A DNA stretch of 63,023 nucleotides, counting the filler, from Thraustochytrium aureum (lineage: Eukaryota): assembly GCA_012862495.1 (NCBI GenBank). It is 4 parts of 3 records of this genome, joined end to end, with 100 filler letters (N's around TTAATTAATTAA, not from the genome) between each part and the next. Parts side by side here need not be neighbours in the genome. Positions count along the whole stretch, not along the records: positions 26,837 to 50,807 come from BLSG01000324.1; 3 more parts are not named here. One strand, written 5' to 3'. The translations under genes were made by a program, and so were the position numbers. The notes beneath the pieces are model-generated. The model saw nothing but the letters and a program-made list of their open reading frames with translations. It ran no database searches and had not been told where the DNA came from. Every line of letters begins with the position of its first letter. The first letter of the stretch is position 1. Shown here piece by piece: positions 34,901-45,500 of this stretch.

Positions 34901-37706
34901 GCGTCGCGTTCGGGCAGTGTCTCAAGTGCAAGTGCAAAACGTATCACGCCAGAGGCGGAAGGCCAGCCGATCGAACCGTCTGCGACTGCGGTCACTATGT
35001 GGCAATGCACAGCATGATCCCTCGCCCGCACCGCGGCAAAGTGGCTGGCTCCTCCTCAGAGGCGCTCTCCAAAGGGGAACTCCGCCGTATGCTTGCTCCG
35101 CCAACGCCGAGCGAACTCCCCATTGGGATTAGAGGCGCCAAGCTGCACGCGACGTCGCTCGAGATGAGCTACGCACAGGAAGACCTCCGTGTGCGAGCGC
35201 AGACCGCGGCGGCTGGGTCAGGGCGATCCAGGCGCCATCGTGGTCGGACCCCGCTCGTACTTACGCCAGCTTCCTCGCTCTCGAGGGCGCAAAACGCTCG
35301 TGCCTTCCAGCAACTTGGCGAAAGAATCATCGGTGATATTACGCGCGAGTCGCAAGCCATCATCAGCGAGCTCCACAACGATGGGTCGTGGGATTCAAGC
35401 GTCAAGATCGACGACCCTGACAATCCCGGCCCCATCGCACGCACCCCGATACTCGGTCCGAGAGCCAACACGGCGCACTCGAGGCCTCGCACAAATGGTC
35501 TTCCCGGTGGATGCCGAACGAAACGCCGATCTGCTGAAGGGCGCGTGAACGGCGAAGAACAGGCGCTGGAACGCCGCGCTCTCAAAGCTGAAAGCTGCGC
35601 GCCGGATGAACTCGGCCGCCTCCTACTTGAGAGCGCTGCTCGACCTCACACTGCTGCCCATATACCCGGCAAGTCGGCGGCCCTTGCGTCGCTTGGCAAG
35701 CCGTCCACGCCGGCGTACGTCCAAAGAATGCTTCGAGCCCAAGCCGCCAGAGACGAACTGCGGCAGGACGGGGCGAGTCGCGACATCTGGACCACGCCAG
35801 AGCAGTTTGCCAAAGGGTTTGAAGCATGCGACCCGGTGCCGCTCATCGTCAACGACAATCTTCGGATGGAGCCGCGCGTCGGCCCGCTCTACGTCGATAT
35901 GTTGCTTGCGCTTGCGAGCGAGGAGTGCGGTCTTCTTGAGGACTGGACGGCGTTCGTGGCGTACATTTTCCAGAGCTTTGCATTCGTTGGCCGTCATTGG
36001 CGCAAGCTCGTGTACGACATCCGCACAGGCACGCTGGACAAGAACCTACCCATAGACCATCAGACGCGGCAAAGCGTTCTGTCCATCCTCAAGCCGAACC
36101 CGGCCCGGGCCACCCAACTCGACAGGGCGATGTGCCGACTTGGATTCTACAAGGGCAGTGTCGGCCAGGCCGCGGCAGCGTTGGCGCCGCCCACCAGGCA
36201 GCCACTTAACGGCGAAGCTTCTTTGCGCCGCCCAACGAGCGCGACGGCGGCCCATGGCCCAAGAGGTCTCCCCCAGGTTGGCGAGCTCCTTCGGGCCAAG
36301 GGGGCACTCTCCCCCAAAATCCAAAGGCAGGCCTCATGCCCGGCACTGCCAAGCCAGGCCCTGCGACCCGAAACTCAGGAGGATGGCGACACGGGCGAAA
36401 CCTGCGCATATCGCGCCCTCGAGGCAACCGACGCGCTCTTCGGTTCACGCTCAGTTGAGCTACCTTCGGACTCAAAGACCTACTCGGCCAAGTCAACGCT
36501 GTTGAGCCCAGTGATGTGTACAAGCTCGTGCGGCTGCCGCGCTCGACACCTCCAAAGGTGGTCGAGAGCAGCTCTCGGCACGCGCGGCGGTTTGTCTGTT
36601 CGTTTCCAGGATGCGGCAAGGCGTTCTCGCTCCGTGTGACCGCCGAGGAGCATGCCTCAACAGCCCACAAGGGCAAGATCCGTCTCGCCAATCACACCCC
36701 GAACGCAGACGAGCGCATGCAAATGTACTGGCCTGCAAAGACGCCGTGGACGCAGCCACTCGGTGGGGGGTCAGCCCTTGAACGACCCAGCCGAAGAAGC
36801 GCGCCTCGCAGCGCTGGAGGAACGGCTCGCAAATCCGTATGCATGTGGCCATGGATCTTGCACGGCTCGATTCAAGTCGAGCAAAGAGGCTACAGCGCAC
36901 CGGCAGTCGCAGCACGTGCGCCCAGCTCGCGTGCGCACTCTTGTCGGCCGCATTGTGGACCACCCCTGGGTGGAATTTCGAGGCGAGACTTGTCGGGCGC
37001 CTCCCGCAGCGCTTCCCCCGGGGCTTCATCTCTCCTGCTGCTCCAAGCATTGGGTCATGCTGCAGCCCAATTGCGAGGAATGCGAGCTTCTCATCGCCCG
37101 TGGCGACCCAATCTGCCCCTTGCAGTTTTACGGCTCTGCCCAGGTCTTCGGGGAGCTCACCGTGTCGCCCTCGTCCAACACCGTTGTGCACGTTTCGCGC
37201 TTGTACCAGAACCAAATCCGAGACCCGGACCACGGTGGGGCAACCAGTTCGCCGGGCGAGATGGGCCAGCACGCTCCAACGGGGCAGCACGGGCGTGACC
37301 TGGAGGACCACCTTGGCCGGGTGATTGCGCTTTTCTCGGACAAGTTTGGCCGCAAATTCGTCGCCTACACGCGCTTCTACCGCGCTCACGAACGCGATGC
37401 GGCGAGTCCCGCGGGGGACCGGTGCGCCAGGTGAGTGAGGCACCGTTTCGAACTTTTGTGACAAGTGCGGCCAACATCGTCGGGATGAGCATCGTCGTGC
37501 GCTGCTCGCGGGCCGAGTACCACCATCGGCTGCGCCTCGGCACACTGCCTCGAGTTCCAGAGTTTGACAATTTGAACCGCGATGGCGTGATTGGAACAAA
37601 GCCTGGCGTGTACTTTTGCGATGAAGACGACAGATTCGTTTTATCGCCCCCAAACGGCCGCTTCGTTCCGCTCGTCAAGCGGGTGCGCGGCGTGCGGTTG
37701 GAATAG
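31939..37706 (+). CDS. Large multidomain protein: SAP-like, two Cys/His-rich repeats, multiple IQ motifs, EF-hand pair, Cys cluster, two C2H2 fingers, C-terminal BAH-like domain; one gap and frameshifts near 36500, 36770, 37420
   Basis: SAP LSLKELRLHLNARGRTDVLGSRGELVIQL. IQ motifs LQRVYRGHRGR, IQAQVRGMLDR, FQRIVRGHLSR, IQRCVRGFLCR, FQALWRGFRSR. EF-hands FDEAGTGRVRRFEF...DGTIDYMSF. C2H2 FVCSFPGCGKAFSLRVTAEEHASTAH and YACGHGSCTARFKSSKEATAHRQSQH. BAH-like GRVIALFSDKFGRKFVAYTRFYRAHE...IVGMSIV...VYFC. Confidence 0.7.
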
Positions 37707-37965
37707 CAACAGCGGGAGAGTGCGGGCGAGGGTGAGGGTGAGAGCAACCAATAAGTACCGTAACTCGTCGCTTCTCTTTATATATCTTTTCAACCAACGA
37801 AGAAAGCTGTGGCGCCTGCGGACGTCGCGTCGCGTTGGCGGCCCAACACAGACTCCGTTGGCCGCAACGCAACCCTGCTAAGACTATGCCAGGGCCAATG
37901 CCGGCCCTACTCTTGTCACTGTCGCTTTCGAAAGGCGCGTCCAGACAGTTCGGACTTCGGTCTGG

Positions 37966-39801
37966 CTACATGTTTGACGACAGGGTCTTTGGGTCGAGAA
38001 CGCGCCACTGGTGCGAGCGCACGACTTGCTGAAAATTCCTCACGGCCTGCGCAAGACTCGCTGGGGAGCGCGAGGCGCAGGACTCGAACAAGTGGCTCGA
38101 GTCTCCAAGAAGGTGCAGCCGTGGCGCGAGGTGAAGGTACCCAACGAGGGCATTTTGGTACAGGTAAGTTGAGACGTCTGCGAGGCCGCCCCGCGCCGTG
38201 CAGTTCCGCGCGTGCAGCTTGGAAGGAAACCCGGGATCAGCAAACAGGTCCGCGAGGTTGGCGGCCTGAATCGCCCCCGCGAGCGCCGACCACACAATGT
38301 CGGCTAGCCGCTCGGCAGCCACGCTCTTCTGCCGCGGTGGCCGCACCCCGCCCTGTTCGCGACTCATTAGCGCAAAAAACTGCATCAGTTCCAAGTCGTT
38401 TTGGAGCTCGACGTCGGTTTGGTAGAGGTCGTCGAGCACACTTGCAGCAAGCGCCCGCGCCTCGCACCACAAGGTGAGCAAGTCGCGAAGTAGCGGCGCA
38501 CCGTCTGGTCCCAGCACAGAGTCGTCCATGGACAGGCCATCGCCGAGCCCTTTGGAGCGCATCGTGTTGGGGAACGAAGCTCGCTCTGGGTCGTCGATTG
38601 GTTTGCGGCAGAAGAGCGCTTTCCAGCCTTCCCAAGAAAACCCGAAGGCGCGATGAGCCAGACCAGCACGTCCTAAAAGTACCTTGGCGGTAATGTAGCT
38701 CGTCGTGACGGTGCCAAAGAGATGCGGTTTGAGTAGGCGGCGAACTGGGTGCCGGGCTCCAAGTACGTCTTGCGCAGCCATTGCTGCCGTGTTGCTCACA
38801 GCAAAGCGAGCACGACGGAGGTGCTGACATAGAAGCAGCTCGCTGACCAAAGCGCAGCGGAAAAGCATTTTGGCCTGGCTCCAGCAGACCCCTCCTTGAG
38901 GCACGATCCCGTCAAGCTCTGCAGTCCAAATTCCTAGTGGGACACGGTTCTCGTCCAGATACACGAGGGCGCCGTACTGTGAAAACTCGGAACGCACAGC
39001 GAAATTCGCGAGAGATCTCACGTCGCAGACGAACTTTGCCCCAGCCAACGGCTCGTCATTGGAGCTCCTGAGGCGCAGGAACCACTGGCCTGCGCCGAAG
39101 AAAACCAGTTTGCTGAGCGCCTCGTCGCTCTGGTCGTCCAAGTCGGTGGCGGAAGGCCGGGGCAGCCGCGCCCCGAAAACCTCGCGGTGCATTGCGATGG
39201 CGTTGTGGCGAGACTCGAACCACCTTGGCTCGCGGTGCAGCGCAATTGTGCCGACGTGGCCTCGGTATGTTGCGCTTGCCTCTAAGAAGCTCGCCAGCGC
39301 AGGGAGACCAGACTCAACGTTTGTGTCATCGTCGAGGGCAAGCACACGCAGCTTGCCGACAGCGACCGTCACGGGCTCCAGCTTGCAGGGAGGGCGTAGC
39401 GAACGGAGAGCGATGCAGACCGGGCTGTGTAGCGTGCTGTATGGCCTGCCAAAGGCCAACAGGCCGCTCATGTAGTAGCGAAGAGCCCGGTCTGCAGAAG
39501 CGGCAGGCCCGCTCAGGCGCAGCTGGGACGCAAGCTGGCTTGGCGTCCGAGCCTGGCCCGAGCGCTCCAACCAGTCCATTCCTGAAGCGGCCGCCATTGG
39601 CACAAGGAGCGTTTCATTCGACACGGGCGGATTAACCGCTCCGCTTGCAACGGCCGGCGCAAGGACCGCTGCGCCAAGGCCGTCGGCACCCAGCCTTTCG
39701 AAGACAGACTTGCGACGAACAGGCGTCGCCCACTGCGAAGCTCGGCACTGGTCCAGTTGAAAGGCAGAGCACAGCGTCCCATAGCTTGGGTCGTGGTCCA
39801 C
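37966..39801 (-). CDS. Lipoxygenase-like domain with degenerate iron ligands; probably the C-terminal half of a fusion with the upstream P450
   Basis: WSQAKMLFR...QHLRRARF (LOX WxxAK...HLxxxH with the second His replaced by Arg), HPVRRLLKPH, PLLRDLLTLW, LYQTDVELQNDLELMQF. No His at the HAAVN-equivalent site (AGAIQAAN). C-terminus LSSNM. Confidence 0.8.
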   Translation of the reverse strand: MDHDPSYGTLCSAFQLDQCRASQWATPVRRKSVFERLGADGLGAAVLAPAVASGAVNPPVSNETLLVPMAAASGMDWLERSGQARTPSQLASQLRLSGPAASADRALRYYMSGLLAFGRPYSTLHSPVCIALRSLRPPCKLEPVTVAVGKLRVLALDDDTNVESGLPALASFLEASATYRGHVGTIALHREPRWFESRHNAIAMHREVFGARLPRPSATDLDDQSDEALSKLVFFGAGQWFLRLRSSNDEPLAGAKFVCDVRSLANFAVRSEFSQYGALVYLDENRVPLGIWTAELDGIVPQGGVCWSQAKMLFRCALVSELLLCQHLRRARFAVSNTAAMAAQDVLGARHPVRRLLKPHLFGTVTTSYITAKVLLGRAGLAHRAFGFSWEGWKALFCRKPIDDPERASFPNTMRSKGLGDGLSMDDSVLGPDGAPLLRDLLTLWCEARALAASVLDDLYQTDVELQNDLELMQFFALMSREQGGVRPPRQKSVAAERLADIVWSALAGAIQAANLADLFADPGFPSKLHARNCTARGGLADVSTYLYQNALVGYLHLAPRLHLLGDSSHLFESCASRSPASLAQAVRNFQQVVRSHQWRVLDPKTLSSNM

Positions 39802-41467
39802 CGCGGGCGCGCAGCTCGATCTGCATCCCAGGACGAGTCAGAACGTTGCCGACAAACACAGGCGTGCGCTCAGTGGCCCCCAGCACGGTTACGTCGAATA
39901 GCTGCACGAGGCGAGCAAGGGCGGTTTTAATCCAAAACGGCGCAAAGACCTCTGCTGGGCACCGATGGGAGCGACCCTTTCCAAATGGCCAATACTGCGC
40001 TAAGGTTGGCGGCTCGGATCCGTTCGGGCCGTCGACCCACCTTTCCGGTTTGAATTCGTGTGGGCGCGGCCAGACCGCCTCGTTGAGGTGATCGTGCTGC
40101 ACGCTCATGCACATTGTCGTCCCGTGCGGAACGGTGACCGGCGCTCCTTCTTTGCCCCTTACTTTGATGTCCTCCTCGTTCGCAACACGGAAAACAACAG
40201 GGACCGCGGGCTCAAGCCGCAAGACCTCCTTGAGGACAGCGCCGAGGAGTGGGGCACCTGCCTCGAGGGAAGCGTACGTGGCCTCGCCTCGCTGCCAGCC
40301 TTGCGCCAGGGCAGGATCTACTTGTGCGCGAACGCCTTCCAAGAGCGTTCTCGAGGCCTCCGAGTTGGTAAAGAGACGGCGGGTCGTCGCGCTCGCAGTC
40401 GCGCTCGCGGAGAACACGCCATGTACGAGCGTGCTGATGACGTGCGATACAATTGCCTCGGCGTGGTTTGAGCCGCGCAGGACGTCCGTCTTCAGGAGCC
40501 ACTCGAGTAAGCAAAATCCAGACAAGGAGGACTCGGGTTTAGCTGCTCCGCTCGCCGCGGACGGCCGCGTCCAGCTGTCGATGCGCGACACGGCAGCGCC
40601 GTTCGCGTCAGACGAAGATTGCCTGCACGTCACGTTGGAAGCGACCATGCAGTTGGCGTAAAAGTTGCTGATCGCGTCTTCAAGCTGAGTGCGCAAGCGG
40701 GCGAACCGACTCGGCTCCTTTCCGGATCCAAGGAGGACGGCGTACTTGCGGAACTCCTTGAAAGTGAGCATCCCGGAGATGCCCTTGTAGGTCCGGCCGA
40801 ATATGATGAGAACGAGGGTTTCGTATGCAGCCTCCTCAAACAGGTGCTGTGCGTCCCCTGGGCCTGGACGCGCTGCCCACCTGAGAAAAGTTGTTTCCAA
40901 GGCTTGGCCCAAAACTGGGAAGGCCGCCTCCAGGAATCCCTCCAGGAGCCCTTCGACTTGGAGTATAGTGAAGGGGTGCTGTGCCTCGAGGTAGTCGAGC
41001 CGCAGAAATGGAAACTGGAAGCTTGTCGAAGAATCCATGCGGCTCGTTTTTTGGGCTGTGAAGCCGCGCAGAACCAAGTCGCTCTGCAAGCCCGACATAA
41101 CGACCGCTTTGACGCCTGGATGCCACAGAACTGGACCAAACTCAGTCAGGTCTTGGCACATTTCCTCGTATTCTTTGGCGTCCAGGGCCCGCCTGGGACG
41201 CGTCCGCTTGATGCCTCCGAGAAAGGGGCAACATCTTGCGGCAATCTTTTGTAGATCAACAACCGCGCCGGCCCGCACGGGTCGGTTGGGCCCGGGGAGA
41301 GCCCGATGGAGCGGCACAAAGGCACCACTGCCCGTCACGGGCGTGACGCGTGTGCTTGCGCTCAGGGCGGACACCTTGCCCTGGTCTGCGGCGCATCGCG
41401 AGGCTTGGTCACGAGGTGGCAAACGAAGGCCCACGGCAGGCGCCTCACCGTCTGCTTCAACATGCAT
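39632..41467 (-). CDS. Cytochrome P450 with atypical I-helix; overlaps the LOX-like ORF by a single-base frame change near 39800
   Basis: K-helix KEVLRLEPAVP (ExxR), PHEFKPERW (PERF), heme motif WPFGKGRSHRCPAE. The I-helix region HGVFSASATAS lacks the AGx(D/E)T acid-alcohol pair. Confidence 0.9.
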   Translation of the reverse strand: MHVEADGEAPAVGLRLPPRDQASRCAADQGKVSALSASTRVTPVTGSGAFVPLHRALPGPNRPVRAGAVVDLQKIAARCCPFLGGIKRTRPRRALDAKEYEEMCQDLTEFGPVLWHPGVKAVVMSGLQSDLVLRGFTAQKTSRMDSSTSFQFPFLRLDYLEAQHPFTILQVEGLLEGFLEAAFPVLGQALETTFLRWAARPGPGDAQHLFEEAAYETLVLIIFGRTYKGISGMLTFKEFRKYAVLLGSGKEPSRFARLRTQLEDAISNFYANCMVASNVTCRQSSSDANGAAVSRIDSWTRPSAASGAAKPESSLSGFCLLEWLLKTDVLRGSNHAEAIVSHVISTLVHGVFSASATASATTRRLFTNSEASRTLLEGVRAQVDPALAQGWQRGEATYASLEAGAPLLGAVLKEVLRLEPAVPVVFRVANEEDIKVRGKEGAPVTVPHGTTMCMSVQHDHLNEAVWPRPHEFKPERWVDGPNGSEPPTLAQYWPFGKGRSHRCPAEVFAPFWIKTALARLVQLFDVTVLGATERTPVFVGNVLTRPGMQIELRARGGPRPKLWDAVLCLSTGPVPSFAVGDACSSQVCLRKAGCRRPWRSGPCAGRCKRSG

Positions 41468-41799
41468 CGCGTCCGTCCTAGACCTTTGCGCCGTCGTCCG
41501 CAACTCCCATCAAACCCAGTCCGCCGCAAGCCTGCCCGGTGCGCGCCGCCGCCAAGCCACGGACTTCGCACAGCGCGACAGGCCCGCAAGGGCCCTGACG
41601 GTCCAGGCAGTCGGTCACGCGACAGCACGCCTGCGTCTCTTGACGGCCCTGGCAGCAGGTCACGCGCACGGGCAGCGCACCATGCGCCAGCAGCGCGGCG
41701 ACTCTGCGAGCGTCCGCTGCGAGCGTCCGCTGCGAGCGTCCGCTGCGGCTCGCCTCTCTCAAGACTCTCAACGGACACCAAGCGATCAAAAGGAGCACG

Positions 41800-42105
41800 T
41801 TTTGTTCTCCAGTGTTCAGATGCCGCAGAACAAAACGAGCAAAATGAATGTGTTCTCAGAGTACAAATATTGTTCTCCGCACGAAGAATAGAACAAAACT
41901 GTGGTCGCTGTGAGAGAACAAAGAGAGCAAAATGAATGTTGTCCTCAGACCGCCATAAAAGAACAAGTGTTGTTCTCGGTCCGCAAAAAGAGAACAAGTG
42001 TTGTTCTCGGTCCGCAGAAAAAGAACAACTTGAAGTTCACAATCATTGCCATCATTAGGTAATCACTGTGAGAGAACAAAGAGAGCAACGTGTTGTTCTC
42101 CGCAC
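41800..42105. repeat. Cluster of imperfect direct and inverted AGAACA / TGTTCT repeats in the divergent intergenic region between P450-LOX and UBR
   Basis: Tandem AGAACAAGTGTTGTTCTCGGTCCGCA twice (~41960-42016), CTGTGAGAGAACAAAGAGAGCAA twice (~41908 and ~42066), GAGCAAAATGAATGT twice. Locally AT-richer than the flanks. Confidence 0.75.
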
Positions 42106-42189
42106 GCCGAACAGGCCGAAGGAAGCGAACAAAGCGATCAGCTCGCCAGGCTATTCTTTCATGCGGTCCTTGGGCCCTCAGGGCAGGAC

Positions 42190-42260
42190 GCAGCAGCAGG
42201 AGCAGGAGCAGCAGCAGCAGCAGCAGGAGCAGGAGCAGGAGCAGCAGCAGGAGCAGGCGC
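42190..42260 (+). repeat. (CAG/GAG)n microsatellite
   Basis: gcagcagcaggagcaggagcagcagcagcagcagcaggagcaggag... Confidence 0.85.
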
Positions 42261-42511
42261 AGAGCCGGAATCGTGCAGTGCGCGCGGCGGCTGCAGCGGC
42301 GCGACGGGGACGGCTTGGCCTGGTGGAGGGCGCTCGTGGAACGGGCTCGCGGGCCTCGAGGAGGACTGACAGACAGACTGCCTGACGCGGGTTGGCNNNN
42401 NNNNNNNNNNNNNNNNNNNNNNNNNNNNNNNNNNNNNNNNNNNNNNNNNNNNNNNNNNNNNNNNNNNNNNNNNNNNNNNNNNNNNNNNNNNNNNNNNNNN
42501 NNNNNNNNNNG

Positions 42512-45500
42512 ATGGCGCAGCAAGTAGCGAGCGCCCGCGCGCGCCTCGCCTCCCTGTGCCAGGCCGCAGAGGCGGGTGCGGGCCAGACCATCCTTGACGA
42601 GCAAGTCAGGTCTTTAGCAGAAGACATACTCGACCTGAAACCGCCCACCCTCGTCCAGACGATGCTGAACGACCTGCTCTTTTGCAGAACCCTGCGCCCC
42701 GACGGCCGCGTTTACAAGGGAAGCGAAGGCGTGAGCAGGCTAAAGGCCGAAAACCAGCAGGAGCGCTGTGGCAAAGTGTTCGGAGAAGGCGACCTCGCAT
42801 ACAATTGCCGCACCTGCCAAGTCGACAGCACCTGCGTGATCTGCCAAGAGTGTTTCAACGACAGCAACCACACCGGCCACGAGGTGACTTTCCACCGAAC
42901 CGAACCAGGAGGCTGCTGCGATTGCGGCGATGAGGAGGCCTGGGACGCGAGCGGGTTTTGCTCACACCACGGGCCGCAGTCAGAAGGCTCCGCACTGGGC
43001 GACCCCCGCGATCACCTCCCCAATGGAGTCGCCGACCAGACTCGCATCATGCTTGGGGCCATCCTTGCAAATATCGCGCGCGCGCTGCGCGAGATATTCA
43101 AATCCTACGCGCGGTGCGCGCCTGACTGCGCTGCCGTCGCGGATGACTTTTCCGAGCTCCAGGAAGACGGGGCGACCACAGTCAACGTCGTCCTCAACAA
43201 CGACGACGTACACAGTATTAATGAGGTTAACGAGGCAATAGGCAACCTGCAGCGACACACCCACGTAGACCGGGCTGCAATCGTGAGCAAAACCATCATG
43301 ATCGACAAGCACGGAAGGGCCCCGGTGTTTACGCAAGAGTTCATGGACCCGGAGAGCCTGGCCGCCGCGCTGGAGACCGCGCGGATGGTTCGCCGAATCC
43401 TGGCGGACGCCGGTCTGCTAACCTGCGTTTCATTCAACAACCAGCTCAAGTTTGAGCGACGCGCTGTTGCCGGCGCGACGTGGATGCTTGAAATAGGCCG
43501 CGTCTCGCAAGGAATGGCGCGCTGCGTCGTGGAGAGGTTCATGGACGAGGCCGAGCTTGACCTTCTGATCGACGTGGAGCACGCCGAGTCTTACATGCGC
43601 TCAAGGTGCGCGCCACAGCACTTTTGGCCCACCGACGCCGAGGAGACTCCGCTCGGGCCGCAGCGCATCGCGCCGGCCGCGCTATTCTACGACGCGCTCG
43701 TGCCCAAGCTGTTGATTAAGAGCCTGCAGTCGCTGTGGCTCTCGCTGCTCACCAACGTCGAGTTCAAGCACTTTTTGGGGGCGAGCTTCATGCGCGCGCA
43801 TCGCCGCATCGCCTCCGCCTACGCGTGCGGGATCGGGACGCAAGGGGAGACCAGCGTCATGTTGTCCGTGCAGCTGCTTCCTGTGCCGAGCGTCGTGCAG
43901 CTCGTCGAGCGCGAGGCCGCCGCGCGTGGCGAGGACATGATCGTCGACGTTTTGGATACGATTCGGTTCATGCTTCAGAGCTGCTTTGTGCGCTCGCAGC
44001 AAATGTTTCGACAAGTTCCCAGTGTGGTGTCCACGACCTGGCTGGACCTGCGCCAGAGCGCGACGATCCGCCACCAGCGCTACGTCTCCTTTATCTACAA
44101 CGCCCGCTACATCTTCCGGATGGCGCGCCGCCCGCTCGTGGACCCGCGCTGCGCCAGCGAGACCTCGCGTGTCGAGGCTTTTGTTCGGGTGCTGCATTGC
44201 GCACAGCGAATGAACGTGCAGCGCCGCCACTTGGGCCGATTCCACGTCGAGCTAGAAGACGACAGCTGGATCATCGCCTTCAATCTCCACATCTGCATGA
44301 ACAACATCGCGCGGCCTGGCGCCATTCAGCTGGGTCTCGACCTCGGGACCATGGCCGCTGCCGGCACGCACGGCGCCGCGTTCACGCCGCGCGCGGTCAT
44401 CGCCCGAGTGGCTGCGCTGACTTTTCAGTACGTCCTGGCCTGGCAGCGCAACGAGGTCGTGGCTCTGCCGCTCAACGGGGGCCAGGCCGCAACCGTGGTC
44501 CAGACCCTGTGCGAGTCGGACCGGTGCCTCGTTGAGACGCTCGAGTCAGGCGCCCGTGAGCGTTCGGCGCGCAACAAACTCCGATTCAAGACGCGCACTG
44601 TGCACCTGCCTTGGGACCCCTCACGCGCGCTAACCCTCGTGGAGGGCGATGTCTTCAAGGGGGCTTTGGTTTCGCACCACCTCCCCGTCCAGCGCTTCCT
44701 GGCGACGTTTATCACGACGTTTGGCATTGCGCTCGACAGGGCCGCGGACCGGTCCGCTGCGGCGACCGCGTCGCCAGACTCGCCGGTCGCAGAGGACTTG
44801 GTGGGCCTACTCCGAGAGGCGCTCTCCGAGATCGAGATGCTTCAGCTCCTGGAAGACGTATTTCGCGTTTTCGCGGCCAACGCGCAGATCCACTCGCAGA
44901 CCTGGCGCCGCAACGGGTACACGATGGACAACATCGTCACAAACTACAAGGGGCTCTGCTCGTACTTTATGTACCAGTGTGATGTCAACCTCGTGCAGAT
45001 CGCCGTGGCATGTCTGGGGCCTGAGCTCGTGCTAGCCGCGCTCATTGACAAGTTCGGCCTCGCGCACTTCTTCACAGACTGGGCCAACCAGGCCAACATA
45101 GAGCCTCACCAACTTCAGCTCGTGGACGAGCTCCTCAGGCTCCTCGCGCACATTTGCACCGAGCTGCCCGTTGCCAGGCACAGCGGCCGTGCAGCCCTTC
45201 GGCGCGAGGTTGTGCACGCACTCGCCGCGGCCAGGGCGCCGGCGACGTTTTCGCTCGTGTCGGACGCAGTCCGCAACTCGCGGATCTCGTACTCGGGTTC
45301 CGACCGGGCCGAGGACGCGCCGGCAGCTGGGCTTGCGCAAATTGGAGAAGACGACGACGACGACGGCGTGGGGGTGCCGGCGGCCGAAGTGGAACGCATG
45401 CTCGACGACGTGGCTCTCAAGACCGGGTCCAGCTCTGCCTCGTGGATGTACACGCTCAAGCCAGAGATTTGGGGCGAAGTTGACCCCTTTTACTGGAACA

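Noticed and set aside
37425..37440. CAG|GTGAGT resembling a splice donor in the BAH region
   Set aside because: The sequence immediately downstream reads as continuing BAH-like protein in another frame, so a single-base error is more likely. An intron cannot be excluded without RNA data.
41800..42105. Possible CRISPR-like array
   Set aside because: No constant repeat with unique equal-length spacers, no cas genes, eukaryotic context.
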